DNA of 39,144 nucleotides from Utricularia gibba (taxonomy: Eukaryota; Plantae; Magnoliophyta), in the NCBI GenBank assembly GCA_002189035.1, contig NEEC01000095.1:1-39144 (forward strand). The letters are read 5' to 3'. The notes under the pieces are model-generated. The model was not told the DNA's origin. It made no database searches and was given only the letters and a program-made list of their open reading frames with translations. Positions 1 to 10,626 of this stretch are shown here, piece by piece. The position numbers were made by a program, and so were the translations under genes. How positions within the stretch are numbered: the first letter of the stretch is position 1; the number at the start of each line of letters is the position of its first letter.

Positions 1-180
1 GGTTTTGTGTCTCTTCGCTCCTCCTTTATTTTACGTCTGATTCTTGTTTCCGGTTTCCGTAAATGGATCGCGATGTTTGTTTGCGGCCTACGGTTTCTGG
101 ATCGAGATTTGACGTTTTAGGGTTTCAATTTGGAAATCAATTTGGGATTTTTCCCTTTTCTGAAACTCGCCTTCGTGCAG

Positions 181-366
181 AACGCTCTGTTGGAGTTCAA
201 GAAGGTTACGAATGTGAGGCGGCAAGTGGTAGCTGGTACCATGTACTACATCACTCTTGATGCTGCAGATGGTGGGCAGGACAAAGTGTACGAGGCAAGG
301 TTTGGGGTGAAACCATGGCTGAATTTCAAACAAGTTGAGGACTTTAAGGAGGTTGGGACTGCTTGA
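181..366 (+). CDS. Phytocystatin (cysteine protease inhibitor), last coding exon; first exon lies upstream of the window
   Basis: Exon follows acceptor ...gtgcag (180). It reads NALLEFKKV...QVVAGTMYY...VKPWLNFKQ, with the cystatin QxVxG and PW motifs. Stop at 364-366. Confidence 0.9.
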   Translation, partial: NALLEFKKVTNVRRQVVAGTMYYITLDAADGGQDKVYEARFGVKPWLNFKQVEDFKEVGTA

Positions 367-1752
367 TCTGACTGCTGCTGCTGCTGCTGGTGATCCCACT
401 TCTTATTACCATATGAATAATCCCCCATACCACTGTTTTCATGGGATTCAGTTTCTCCTTCCGTTGTAAACCTGTAAGCATCGGCTTCTTTCCACCATCT
501 TCAAAGAAGCTCCCGTGGTTCCCCTGTGTTCATGATTGTGATATGTCTTCATTACATGATCAGATCAGACCTGCTGCTTTTCAGTGACCCTTCATGCTAT
601 AAATCACTGTGCGGCTTCCATAACTCTGCTCAAAGAAGCAAGCACCTGGTGCAGTTCACCCCCTGTGTGTCGTGTGCATGACTGTGATATCCTCTCATTG
701 CACGAATGAGAATGCTGTCTGGTGCACGTAAGGCTAAAGTGAAGATAGACATGTGAAAGATTGTCTTTACTGCACTACGTCTGCCTTTGCATCTTCTTGA
801 AGGCCATCTCTTCACTGTTCATGTGTATCCAAACTTGAGAACAACCACTCCCAGTTCTCATTCCGAGGGTGGTCCGATCGGATTCCAATAACAGCGCCAT
901 ATTTGGTTAGATCATATATGTAAATGTGAGTTCAAAATGTGGATTTCAGGAAGTATATCGATATGTGAATTTCTATTTTTTTAATAAGAACAATTATGTA
1001 TGTTTTCTAGAAGAAAGGTCTGGGGAATGGGTTGAATTCCAACCTCAAATGTGGGCGATTATGCACAGTAAGTCCACGGGTGGACTCCTTTACAGCCTTA
1101 CGCTGCGCTATTTATATACATTTTGGCAACAGACCCTCCAAGCATACGCAATTACACATCTCTCAATCGCGATTCTGCCTGCAATTCGCTCGCCCCACTC
1201 CTGAAATTCATTTTCAGCCGTGCTCGCCCACCGCTGATCGAGATCTGTTAGAGGTGAGGCCGCCGTCGCTGTGTTTTATAGTTTTCGTTTTTGCTTCTGA
1301 GGAGGTTAGGGCTGCGGCGGAGTTTATCTTTGTTAATTTTGTTCTTCCCGTGGAGATTGTTTAGATTCGAGCAGTGGGCGGTGGTGTAGGGAGATTGGTA
1401 GTTCCGTGGTTAGGGCATTACGTCCTGCTCTTCTCTTTTCACATATGGATATCGGTCAATGTGCTTCTTCTTTGATTTTTCTACGTGATTCTTTTGCATC
1501 TGGTTTGGCCTCCAGGAGCTTAGCCTTTTTCATGGAATACGTTGAAATCGTTTCTTGTGGCATCTTGGATATTATTTTGATGCGTATAGTAGAGCGTTTT
1601 TTTTTTCTGAGTTGCCCTTGTTAATTATTATGTCTGTTAAACCCGTGTTCATAGCTCTTTTTTTTTTTTGTAGTTTTCCTTAACTTGATTAACACGATTA
1701 AAGTAACCCGTTTCATCTTTTGAAGCTAGAATAACAACCTGAACTGAGCATC

Positions 1753-3632
1753 ATGTCTCCAGCACCCCATTCTAAAGCCAAAGATAAAAACGCTTCCAGA
1801 GCTGACGCTAGTGCCAGTGTTGGGATTCCTTCAAGTGGGTACAATCCTATTTTGGGCACACTCAATACATTTGAAGGTGTACCGATCCCTTCTGGCAGTC
1901 CTCTTCATATGAATGGTCGATTTCGCAACACAGATGATATGGACGATAATAATGGAAACTCTTTGGGAGCCGGGATTGAAGTTGACTCTATTTCCAACAA
2001 TGGCAGCTGGTCTGGTGAATCAGAAGATCACAAGGAGAAAATTTCTCAGCCATCACGGCAGGAGCCTATTCCAGGAGCTGGCAATGACAAAAGAGAAAAA
2101 ACACGCCTGAAAAATGAGAAAAAACATCAGCGGCAAAGGGAGAAGCGGGCTCAGGAACTGCATGAGCGATGCAGTGGTTATCTAATGTCAAGGAAGCTTG
2201 AAGCGTTAGCTCAGCAGCTTGTGGCAATGGGGTTTACAATAGAACGAGCCACAATGGCCCTGATTCTCAATGAGGGTAGGTTAGAAGAGTCAGTGGCATG
2301 GCTTTTTGAGGGCGGTGAGGAGTCCAATCACGCAGAACACAGTATAGACAGTGGGGGAAATTTAAAAATTGATATATCAGAAGAGCTTGAAAAAATCACA
2401 GGCTTGGAAATAAGATACAAGGTTTCCAAGCAGGAAGTGGAAAGAGCCATTGTTGCTTGTGAGGGGAACATTGAAAAAGCTGAAGAAGTGTTGAAGGCAT
2501 CGAAACAGGAAAATATTGCTGCCCCTGCTATAGCAGAAGCCAAGCTGACAGCGGATGTTGGCCAGATTTCAATGAGCGGGCGGCTGAATATCATGGCATC
2601 TGCCAGTATGCAACAGAAAAGAGATGGCAAGGATTTCAACTATACTAGAGTTGAGGGGCTGATGGGTCCTTCCGTTGATAATAGCTCAAAGGGTACGCTA
2701 GAAGTGAGAAAAGCACCTTATAAGGTGGACTGGTCCAAGCCGCAGCCTAAGACTGTCCCCATGGATAAAAGATGGTCAAGTTTGACCTTGATTCCTTCTG
2801 TTTCCAATGCATTACAAGCTGCCCCGCCTCCATTCAAGATTGAATCTCATCATCTGGCTTTAGGGATGATTTGAAGAATCTACAGGTCGAGTCCAGGGAA
2901 CCAGTTGTTGTTATGCAGCGGCATCAATCCATAAATGGAAACCTGGCTTCTAGCTCAACTGCAGGCTCTCCTCCAACTGGGGCAGCCATGGGTTGGCATT
3001 CTAGTGGGATTGATATGGCGAAGCCCAATGGGTCATTATCACCTATTGCCATCTCGAGAAGCCTTGGCAATGGGGTTAATCCGCATTCTTTGTACAGTCA
3101 ACTACATTTTCCGCCACAGAAGCACTTATCCAACATTAGCTCAACTGATCCCCAAGAAAGCAGCAGGCCCAATATTTCTTGGAGTAGGGGCGGTGCATCA
3201 TCAACACTGGCGGAAGCTTCCTCCCTTGGACTGTTTTCAGGGCTCGGCGCCAGCTGTTCATCAGGGTCATCTACATTTGACTGGAAGGCAGGCAGCTCTA
3301 TGCCACAATTTGATTATGCCAACATAGACTGGAGTTTAGACACGAGGTCACTAGCATCAAGATCCAGCGGATCATGGCCCGGAATGAATTACTCATCTCA
3401 GAAAAACAGTCATCCAGGCGAGTCGTTTCGATATAGCCTGGGTCTGAAGCCTACCATGAGGCCAGACCTCACAACTGGGAATGGTATGGTGGTTCCATTG
3501 TCGCCGGAGGCAGGTGTAGCATCTTCTTTGCAGCCAATCCCCAATGGTCCCAGGGATCAGTGGGCTTCTACTTTCGATGACAACGATCCGTTCGGCTTTT
3601 CAAGACAGTTCGTTTCCTCTCCTTCCCTGTGA
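1753..3632 (+). CDS. UBA/TS-N domain-containing protein (At2g26920/At5g12120-like), intronless CDS with one apparent sequencing frameshift at ~2863
   Basis: ORF 1753-2874 carries family motifs SNNGSWSGESEDHKEK, KNEKKHQRQREKRAQELHERC and a UBA-like LVAMGFTIERATMALILNEG. It continues in ORF 2871-3632 (REPVVVMQR, DYANIDW). One extra G in the run at 2863-2865 gives LGDDLKNLQ and joins the two. A probable 5'UTR intron starts at GT 1254. Confidence 0.85.
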
Positions 3633-3932
3633 AGGATGTGAAATGCAAGTTGTCTTTGTAATAAGAAATGGACAAAGAAGTGGTTGCCTGCAGCGGATGT
3701 TCCGTTCCTTCTACTGTTGGTGCTTTTTGCCTATGCTGTGAACGTCGCATTTCATTCTTGCTGGAGAAAGCACCACGTTTCATTTGGCTTAATGCTGCTG
3801 TCTGGCTATAGTTTCTACTAATACACTACATTCACGTACTCCATGGCAACAATAAAACATCATATATGACGTTTCACAAGACAAGGGAATTAGCACAAGT
3901 TCCACCAATAATGTAATCTGTCGAGGCAAATT

Positions 3933-4732
3933 CTAATCAACAGCCATGGCATCGGCACTACCATTAGCAGACTCCAGAAGAGCTTGCATGGGCTCATCAA
4001 TTGCTGATCTTATTTCCTCAGCTATGCTCTTTTGATCTTCCTCGATCGTGTTTTGCAATTCATCCACCTAACATTAAACATGTTAAATATACTTTACAAG
4101 GTTTGGTGTGTTATCAACAACAACTCCAAGAAAAAACATACCACATGTAGGAGGAGGGCAAACTGCTTCTTGCGTAGGTCGAGTGTCCTTGAACCAGCTG
4201 CGTTTTCAGCTTCCAATGTTGCAATCTCCTTCTCCAGTTCATTGATAACTTCCTGTGTTTCTGATCTTGGCGGCTGCACGGCAATCAGCTTCCTAATGGC
4301 TTCACACTCCTCTTTGTGCTGCCTCTCAATCTTACTTTCTTCCAACTGTTTCTTCAAATCCTCTATATCTTTCTGTGCAGCCAAAATCTGCCTGTTTATT
4401 TCATCTTTCAACTCATTGAAATTTTCCTTCTCTCTAACGTTTGCATCCATCACAGCTCTGCTTTTGAGCAATGGAATCTCGAAAGTGTGCAACTCTTGCA
4501 AAAAAGCTTTGGCAAGCCTCTCACATTCTGCATGATTTTCAGCTTCTTTCTCGATTTCGTGTGTAAAAGCTGCGAACTTTTTTTGAAGTTTCTTCAATGG
4601 TGGTTCCCCCCTTGTCGTTGTTGTCCGTGTAAGCAGCCTGTATTTGATGATGATGTCATCTTCAACAGGACCAAAAGCATAGTGTGCTGCCGTTGGCTCG
4701 CCCTTACTCACCAATTTCCTGCTCCTCAACAT
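3933..4732 (-). CDS. THO7: THO complex subunit 7 (Mft1/THOC7); exons 4732-4142 and 4067-3933
   Basis: [30 protein letters not shown] and [11 protein letters not shown]|[10 protein letters not shown], joined by a GT-AG intron. A 5'UTR intron acceptor lies directly before the ATG and its donor is near 4990. Confidence 0.93.
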
Positions 4733-5325
4733 CTAGAAACACAGACTGCACGAAAACAATTAGGCCCGTAAGGAATGGCATACTCCATGAAACTCATCAA
4801 ACACTTCCAACGCAAAAAAAAAAAAAAAAAAATTCCCACTTGCCAACAGCTGATCCTCAAAGTGTTCCAGTTAAAAACCACAAAGACGATAACCGCGAAC
4901 TGCATAACAGCGAGCTACTCATGGACGCATAAAAAATGCCGATACGGCGATAAGAGAACATAATACCCAAATTGGAAGCGATAAGCTCACCTGGAACAGC
5001 AAATAGATCGGCGGCGCGTGCGTTGTCAGCGTTTCCGTTGAGAATAGGGTTCCAGAATGACCAGAGACACCAATCGCAATTTTCCAGGGCGAGGACAGAG
5101 GGCAAAAGCGGATCGTAAATAGCATAGAACATTATTATTCTTAAAATAATAATTTTTATTATTCCACAAAACACAATTAAATTCAAATAATTAATTTAGT
5201 AAATATATATTGGGTTATGACGTTTCGTCTATATGATAAAAAAGAATTGTATTGATGGTAACAAAGATACCATGTCTTTGAAACTGTCCGTTCGTGTCAA
5301 TATGTTCATAGTACAAGTGTTGAAA

Positions 5326-7277
5326 CTAGAAGGCAATCTCTTGAAGTATCTGCAGTGTATTCTGATGAACCTGTACCACAACAAAAACATCAGTTAATAC
5401 AACACAACTACCAGGCATTGTAATGAAGCAATGGCGCAGGAGTGTACCCATTCCAGGTGCTGTGCTGTGATTCCTGACTTGTCTCCGGCATATATACTAC
5501 CTAAAACCTGATTTCCATCAACCAGCACTCTTTAGTGGCGATGCTATCATCTTCCGGAAGAACAGAATATATGGATACCTTAGAAACAGTTTCAAGAAAC
5601 ATTCCAGGGCGTACAGGTAATGAACTGTGATGAGCATCACCTCCCTGGAGATCAGCACGGAAGTTAGCAAGAGTAAAGGCATCACCTTGATGAAAGGTTC
5701 ATCTTATATTGCATTGGTGTAGCTTACCTTTCCGGAAAAGTCTTCACCCTCGTTTTTTCCTTCCATTACAGCCTTTATCATGTCACGTACAGTTTTCCCC
5801 GGTCGTAATGCCACCAGTTTGCTAAGAAACTTGACCTGGAAACAGACAACAGCATTGTTCTTTATGCAGAAAGCTTTTGCACTCAACGAATTGTTATGCA
5901 GGTAAGGAATGAACCTCAGGTTCGGGTAGTGTATTGAAGCCACGGTCATTTCTTTCATCCAGCAACCCCCCTCCCATCATGTTCCTCGATTCTTCTCTGA
6001 TCAAAACTAGCCTTGCAAGCAGCTTTCTATCGGGAATGGCTGGACGTGATTCCATTGTCTAATTAAAAAACCACAGAAATTTAAGCACTTGTGGATGGAA
6101 TTATTAGAATGATTTTACATACTCACCTCCAAAAGATCATCAGCTTGGTTTCCTATCTCGTTTAGGTTCGCCCCAGGAAGATGAACTTTTGTGCCATCCT
6201 CACCTTTGAACACACCGCCTCCTGCAGCAACCCTCCTTAATAGTTCATGCCTGCTATCTTTTGATGGAGTTCGGCACAGAAGGCCAACTACCTGGACCTA
6301 AAAACACAAAAACAAAACGAGCATCCAAATTTACAAATTCACAAAGAGTTCGCCACACCAAGTCACAAGATTCTCACATGTGGAGGGCATTTTTTGGTGA
6401 GATGTGATAGTACAGTCTCCTTAATCGTCTCCAGCAGAGATTTCCTCTGAAACATGCGAAGGATAGTAACATAAAACAATTGAGAAGACTTCATGAAAAA
6501 ATGCACAAAGCCCAGCCCCAACATACAAAAGCATCAACGCACAAATTTTCAACCCTACTATAAAGTATTGCAGAATTGCACCTTGTCATCTTGATCCTTT
6601 TCAGCAAGTTGTATCATGTAGTCAAGAGCCATCATGAACCCTGACTCCATTTCGTCCACTCTCTTACCAATTACCCCTTGTGCAACCAAATGCACTGCCA
6701 CTTCCTCTGATGTTTCATCAATGTTCATATCAGACAGCTTTCATCGCATCCACAAAAAAAAAAAAAAGAAAAAAGAAAAGCAATCAGAACTCAGTTGTGG
6801 CCATTTGGGGCATGACATTCTGAACTTTTGTTTGCAAGAGTTCAATAATCAAGACAGCCAATAGGCTTATTCGCAATACATTGATAAGATGGTTATAGAA
6901 ACAGGAACTTCTTCTTGCAAATTAAAAGCTTATATCCTTTAATGGATAACCTAAATGCTCATATCACGGGAAAATTCCAAGAAAAAAAATGAAACATGAG
7001 GACTCACAAGTTTGGTCATTTCTTCAAGAACAGATATGACCTGTTCACCACCAGAGATAAGAGCTTCATAATGAGCTGCATCCCACTTTTCTTCGTCAGC
7101 AATTACGTTGCTGTTCAACGGAGCAGCACGAGAAGCAACAAGAGAATATATTTTGGCCTGGCGATAACACCGTTTAAGATGAAAACTGCGATGTCCTACA
7201 ACGAAAATTGGTGGTTTAACATACGAAAACAAAGAGGAGGAAGATAAAGAGACAGACGGCGCGGCGGCGCACGCCAT
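5326..7277 (-). CDS. PRDA1: PEP-RELATED DEVELOPMENT ARRESTED 1, chloroplast; exons 7277-7008, 6737-6582, 6446-6378, 6297-6127, 6058-5915, 5835-5728, ~5685-5579, 5507-5448, 5370-5326
   Basis: Ser-rich transit peptide, then YEALISGGEQVISVLEEM, QGVIGKRVDEMESGFMMALDY, KETVLSHLTKKCPPHVQV, PVRPGMFLETVSKV, GITAQHLEWVH and a C-terminal LQEIAF, matching At5g48470 as I recall it. The junction at 5686-5727 is unresolved. Confidence 0.9.
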
Positions 7278-7443
7278 GGAAACCGATTAAGCTCCGATAT
7301 GAAGAAAGACTCATCAGCTACCAGCCTCTTTTTCTCAAAAAAAAAAAAAACAAAAACAAAAACAAAAAAAAAAGAAAATCCACTATTTTCTAGGCCCAAA
7401 TATTAACTATTAAGCCCACCCAAACTCACCGGTTCGGTTCAAC

Positions 7444-7461
7444 TTCCCGCCAATTTTCGCG
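7444..7461 (+). promoter_or_regulatory. E2F-like site(s) in the divergent promoter upstream of PRDA1
   Basis: TTCCCGCCAA at 7444-7453 is followed directly by TTTTCGCG. Site II-like GGCCCA/AGCCCA motifs lie just upstream (7394-7418). Confidence 0.4.
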
Positions 7462-7727
7462 AGGTTCGGTGCTGCCCAATGCCCATGTTTTACTTCTACG
7501 GGGTGTTGGCGCTGAAGGTTTCGGATGGGGTTTTACAACGCGTTTCAGGTACCTAATGACCCAGTCATTCTTTTGTTTCTTGCCTTGGCTTTGTATTGGA
7601 ATCACCACAGTTTCAAAGATGCCACTATTTTTTTTTTCCGCTTGGATTTCACGTATCTTCGGCATTTTTTGAGGTATAATGCAATCTCTAATAGTTTTAT
7701 GGCCAGGAATGTGTTGATTCTGCCGAA

Positions 7728-7864
7728 TGCAGAATTGCACCTTGTCATCTTGATCCTTTTCAGCAAGTTGTATCATGTATTCAAGAGCCATCATGAACCC
7801 TGACTCCATTTCGTCCACTCTCTTACCAATTACCCCTTGTGCAACCAAATGCACTGCCACTTCC
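7728..7864 (-). repeat. Dispersed 137-nt duplicate of PRDA1 exon 2 plus splice donor (source 6569-6705)
   Basis: Base-by-base comparison gives 136/137 identical, same orientation. It contains 124 nt of exon and 13 nt of the following intron. Confidence 0.97.
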
Positions 7865-9024
7865 AATTATGCCACTGTAGATATGTTTTCAAGTTATGCC
7901 ACTGTGGATGTGTATTGGGATGCTGAAATCAAAGTTGTAGAAGATGCATAACATAAAATCTAGTCGATAAAGGGAAGTATGATCTCTCCATATGACCTCG
8001 TTAGTGATGCCCTGGTGGAATCTTTGTTTAGAAAATCTAGCTGTTATGAACTCGAATTTTTCATTGAATAGAAATAGCCTCTTCATCAAGCTCACAGCCT
8101 TGATCTAGGTAATTTCCTTTGAAAGGATTTTATGTTAAATATGGTGCTCATCCAGTAGGATCCTGATTTTGGAATTTGTGAATGCTGCAAGCCAGCAAGG
8201 TGTAAAGAGCAGAGAGAACCAGATGAGTGAGATGTTATGTCTTGTTTCCAAGGTAATTTGTTCCCTTTTGGATCTTTGCTCTTACTGTCTAGTGTTTTAT
8301 TACAGCTTTAGGGCCAGGGGGAACTACTCGATCCCGCAGCTGATACCTTTGCACTGGTTAACAATGACTGAGTTTGCGCACATGAAAAGACGGTGTGCTA
8401 GACAGTGAAGTGCACGTCGAGTTGGTACTTCTCATCATATCCAGGGTACGATCTGACTACCAATGTGGATAAAACAGCATATCATTTCGCTCCCCTTTCC
8501 ATCTCGGGCTTAGCGTTTGTGTTCATCTTTAAGTGCCTTGTGCTCTTTGGAGACAGCAGGCTCACTCAAGCCTCCTGCTGACAGCTTTGAGCAAATTAGT
8601 CTTGATCTTGAACTGGGGTTCATTCCAGCAACGCATAAGAAGGGGAAGACGACAAGGTAATATTTGATGGCAAAAGGGGGGTGTTAAACGTTTCAAAAAG
8701 TGTTTCTTTCGGCGTATTCAAAGAAATCTCTTGTTTATTATTTGCTTGAAAGCTCCCTTTGGAACCATAGGTCTAAGGGTGTCCATTTGCAGATGCCTTC
8801 TGAACTCCGTGCAGCTGTTTTGTTTGCTAAGCAGAAGCATGCACAAACAACAAGCCCCTGCAATTGTATCCTATTGGTTCCTAATTTTACATTTTGCGGC
8901 TCAAACAATAAGCCCTTTGCAATTGCATCCATTTATTTTCACAATTTTATATTTTGAACCCATTTCCGTTACCTTGCACCTTAAACCCCTACGCATCACT
9001 TCTAGCGCCCGATTGGCTCCATCC

Positions 9025-10462
9025 ATGTTTTCTCTGGCGAGAGGAGCTTTTCGCGCGCATCCGCTTTCTACTTCCCAGTTTCGTTCTGTCAGAACAGGGC
9101 CCGATGCTGCTTCATCCGCGCCGAGTGCTCGCCGCCGTTCCAAGTTCTCTCCATCGGCGATTTTGAGGAAACCTGATGAGAAGTCGGAGTGGTGGGTGGT
9201 GGATGGGGAAATGCATGAAATAGGGGAGAATGTTCCTCTGCGGGAACGGTTTGTGATACCTAGGGATAACATTCCCAATAGACGGCGGAAACAGCTCCGA
9301 GAGCAGTTTATGCGTCGTACTCGCCTCGTTCTTAAAGAATCGGTTAGTTGCTAATTGCTCTAATTTTCTTACAGTTCACGGTGGTAGTATAGACATTGAA
9401 GGAGAAACAGAAATATGATTACTGAATTTGTTGGTTTTCACTTGCGAATCTAGTCGACTTTTTTCCTTGTGGTATTTCTGTATTCTAAGCTATTTCGTTT
9501 CATGTCGAAGGACCATGAAACATGGTGTAGAAGATATATGGAACTTTATAATGAACTTAGAGAGACTTGGGAAAAGTTGTACTGGGATGATGGTTATTCC
9601 AAGAAACTGGCTCATGACCGTCAAAACTATGAATCTGCTGAGGAGGATGATGAGAATTTCAATCCATACAGGTTGGAATTTATTTCCTTGATCTGTGCGT
9701 GCTAAGCAGACACTGAGTTGTTAATCTTCATGTATCATGTATGATATTCCACATCCAAAAGGATCCGTCTTGTTTTGTTCCATGCATTTTATTTACTAGG
9801 AAGCTGATGGCGTTGTTGTCGCTATTAATACAAGCAGGACAAACTGATGATTCTGTTAATGCAGGTCAAGACAAACCCAGCCTGAGCAATTGAAGGTAAT
9901 GAGCTTCTAACTAGCTTTTTATATCCCTCCACCTTAACACACAGAAATTTGAGCATGTGGTATTGGCGAAAAATAAAAAAGGACACCGAACAAGAAAAGT
10001 GTTAACATCATGGTTCTTTTGCTTACATTCACTCTACCTGAGTAACTTTTGATGCAGGATAACCGGGAAAGGGTTAACCTTCTGCGTGACAGATTTGAAT
10101 ACGAGAGGGATAAAAGAATGAGGGAGAGAGGTCAGTTTAATCGACTGGCTTCTACTTTCTCATCTTTTTGAAATAGTTATGAACCGAAGAGGGCCCCCTT
10201 CCCGGGGGGGGGGGCAGCCATCAGTGAGATACCACTTTGAAAGAGCTAGTTGGCGGCCTTGTGAATCTTGGGATTTCTCTATCAAAATGTTTTTAGTTTT
10301 AATTATTTGGCTGCTTGTGTTGCTCTTGATTCCAGTTATCATAATCTTCATGCAGCGTTTGCACCGATGAATGAGCAAATGTGTCCTGAGATGGGGAACC
10401 GAAGATCGAATAGGGAACCTTTTGATGTCAGGAAATACCTTTCTGAATCAGACGAGGATTAA
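9025..10462 (+). CDS. Conserved plant protein of unknown function, probably mitochondrion-targeted; exons 9025-9342, 9511-9671, 9865-9895, 10058-10130, 10356-10462
   Basis: Arg/Ser-rich N-terminus, then KSEWWVVDGEMHEIG...RERFVIPRDNIPNRRRKQLREQFMRRTRLVLKES, WCRRYMELYNELRETWEKLYWDDGYSK, RDRFEYER and AFAPM. All four introns are GT-AG and phase-consistent. Confidence 0.85.
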
Positions 10463-10626
10463 GAGATGCTAGCTGAGTTGCAGGCCTCAGCGGTAGGTTC
10501 TATCCATGAATAGTTCTAAATGTTTACAAATTGTCCCCTTGTAAGACATTCCAATGGTTTATCTTATAAAAATGAGAATAATGTTTCAGGAATAATGAGA
10601 CAGGAGCGTAGCAAGAAAACACAATT

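Noticed and set aside
420-900. Coding-like intergenic stretches here and at 18970-19270
   Set aside because: No recognisable motif in any frame and interrupted by stops; consistent with UTR or promoter sequence.
4316-4771. Long antisense ORFs over THO7, GH17 (31708-32427), PPR (27007-27432), OPR and DUF620
   Set aside because: Shadow frames of well-supported genes on the other strand or frame, with no motifs of their own.
7426-7866. 146-aa ORF as a second PRDA1-like gene
   Set aside because: It has a non-ATG start, only the first ~41 residues derive from the captured exon, and the rest is unrelated read-through.
10191-10214. G11 tract in an intron, and a similar G5CCG10 tract at 38096-38112, as G-quadruplexes
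   Set aside because: They lack a clean four-run pattern, and homopolymer lengths are unreliable in this assembly.
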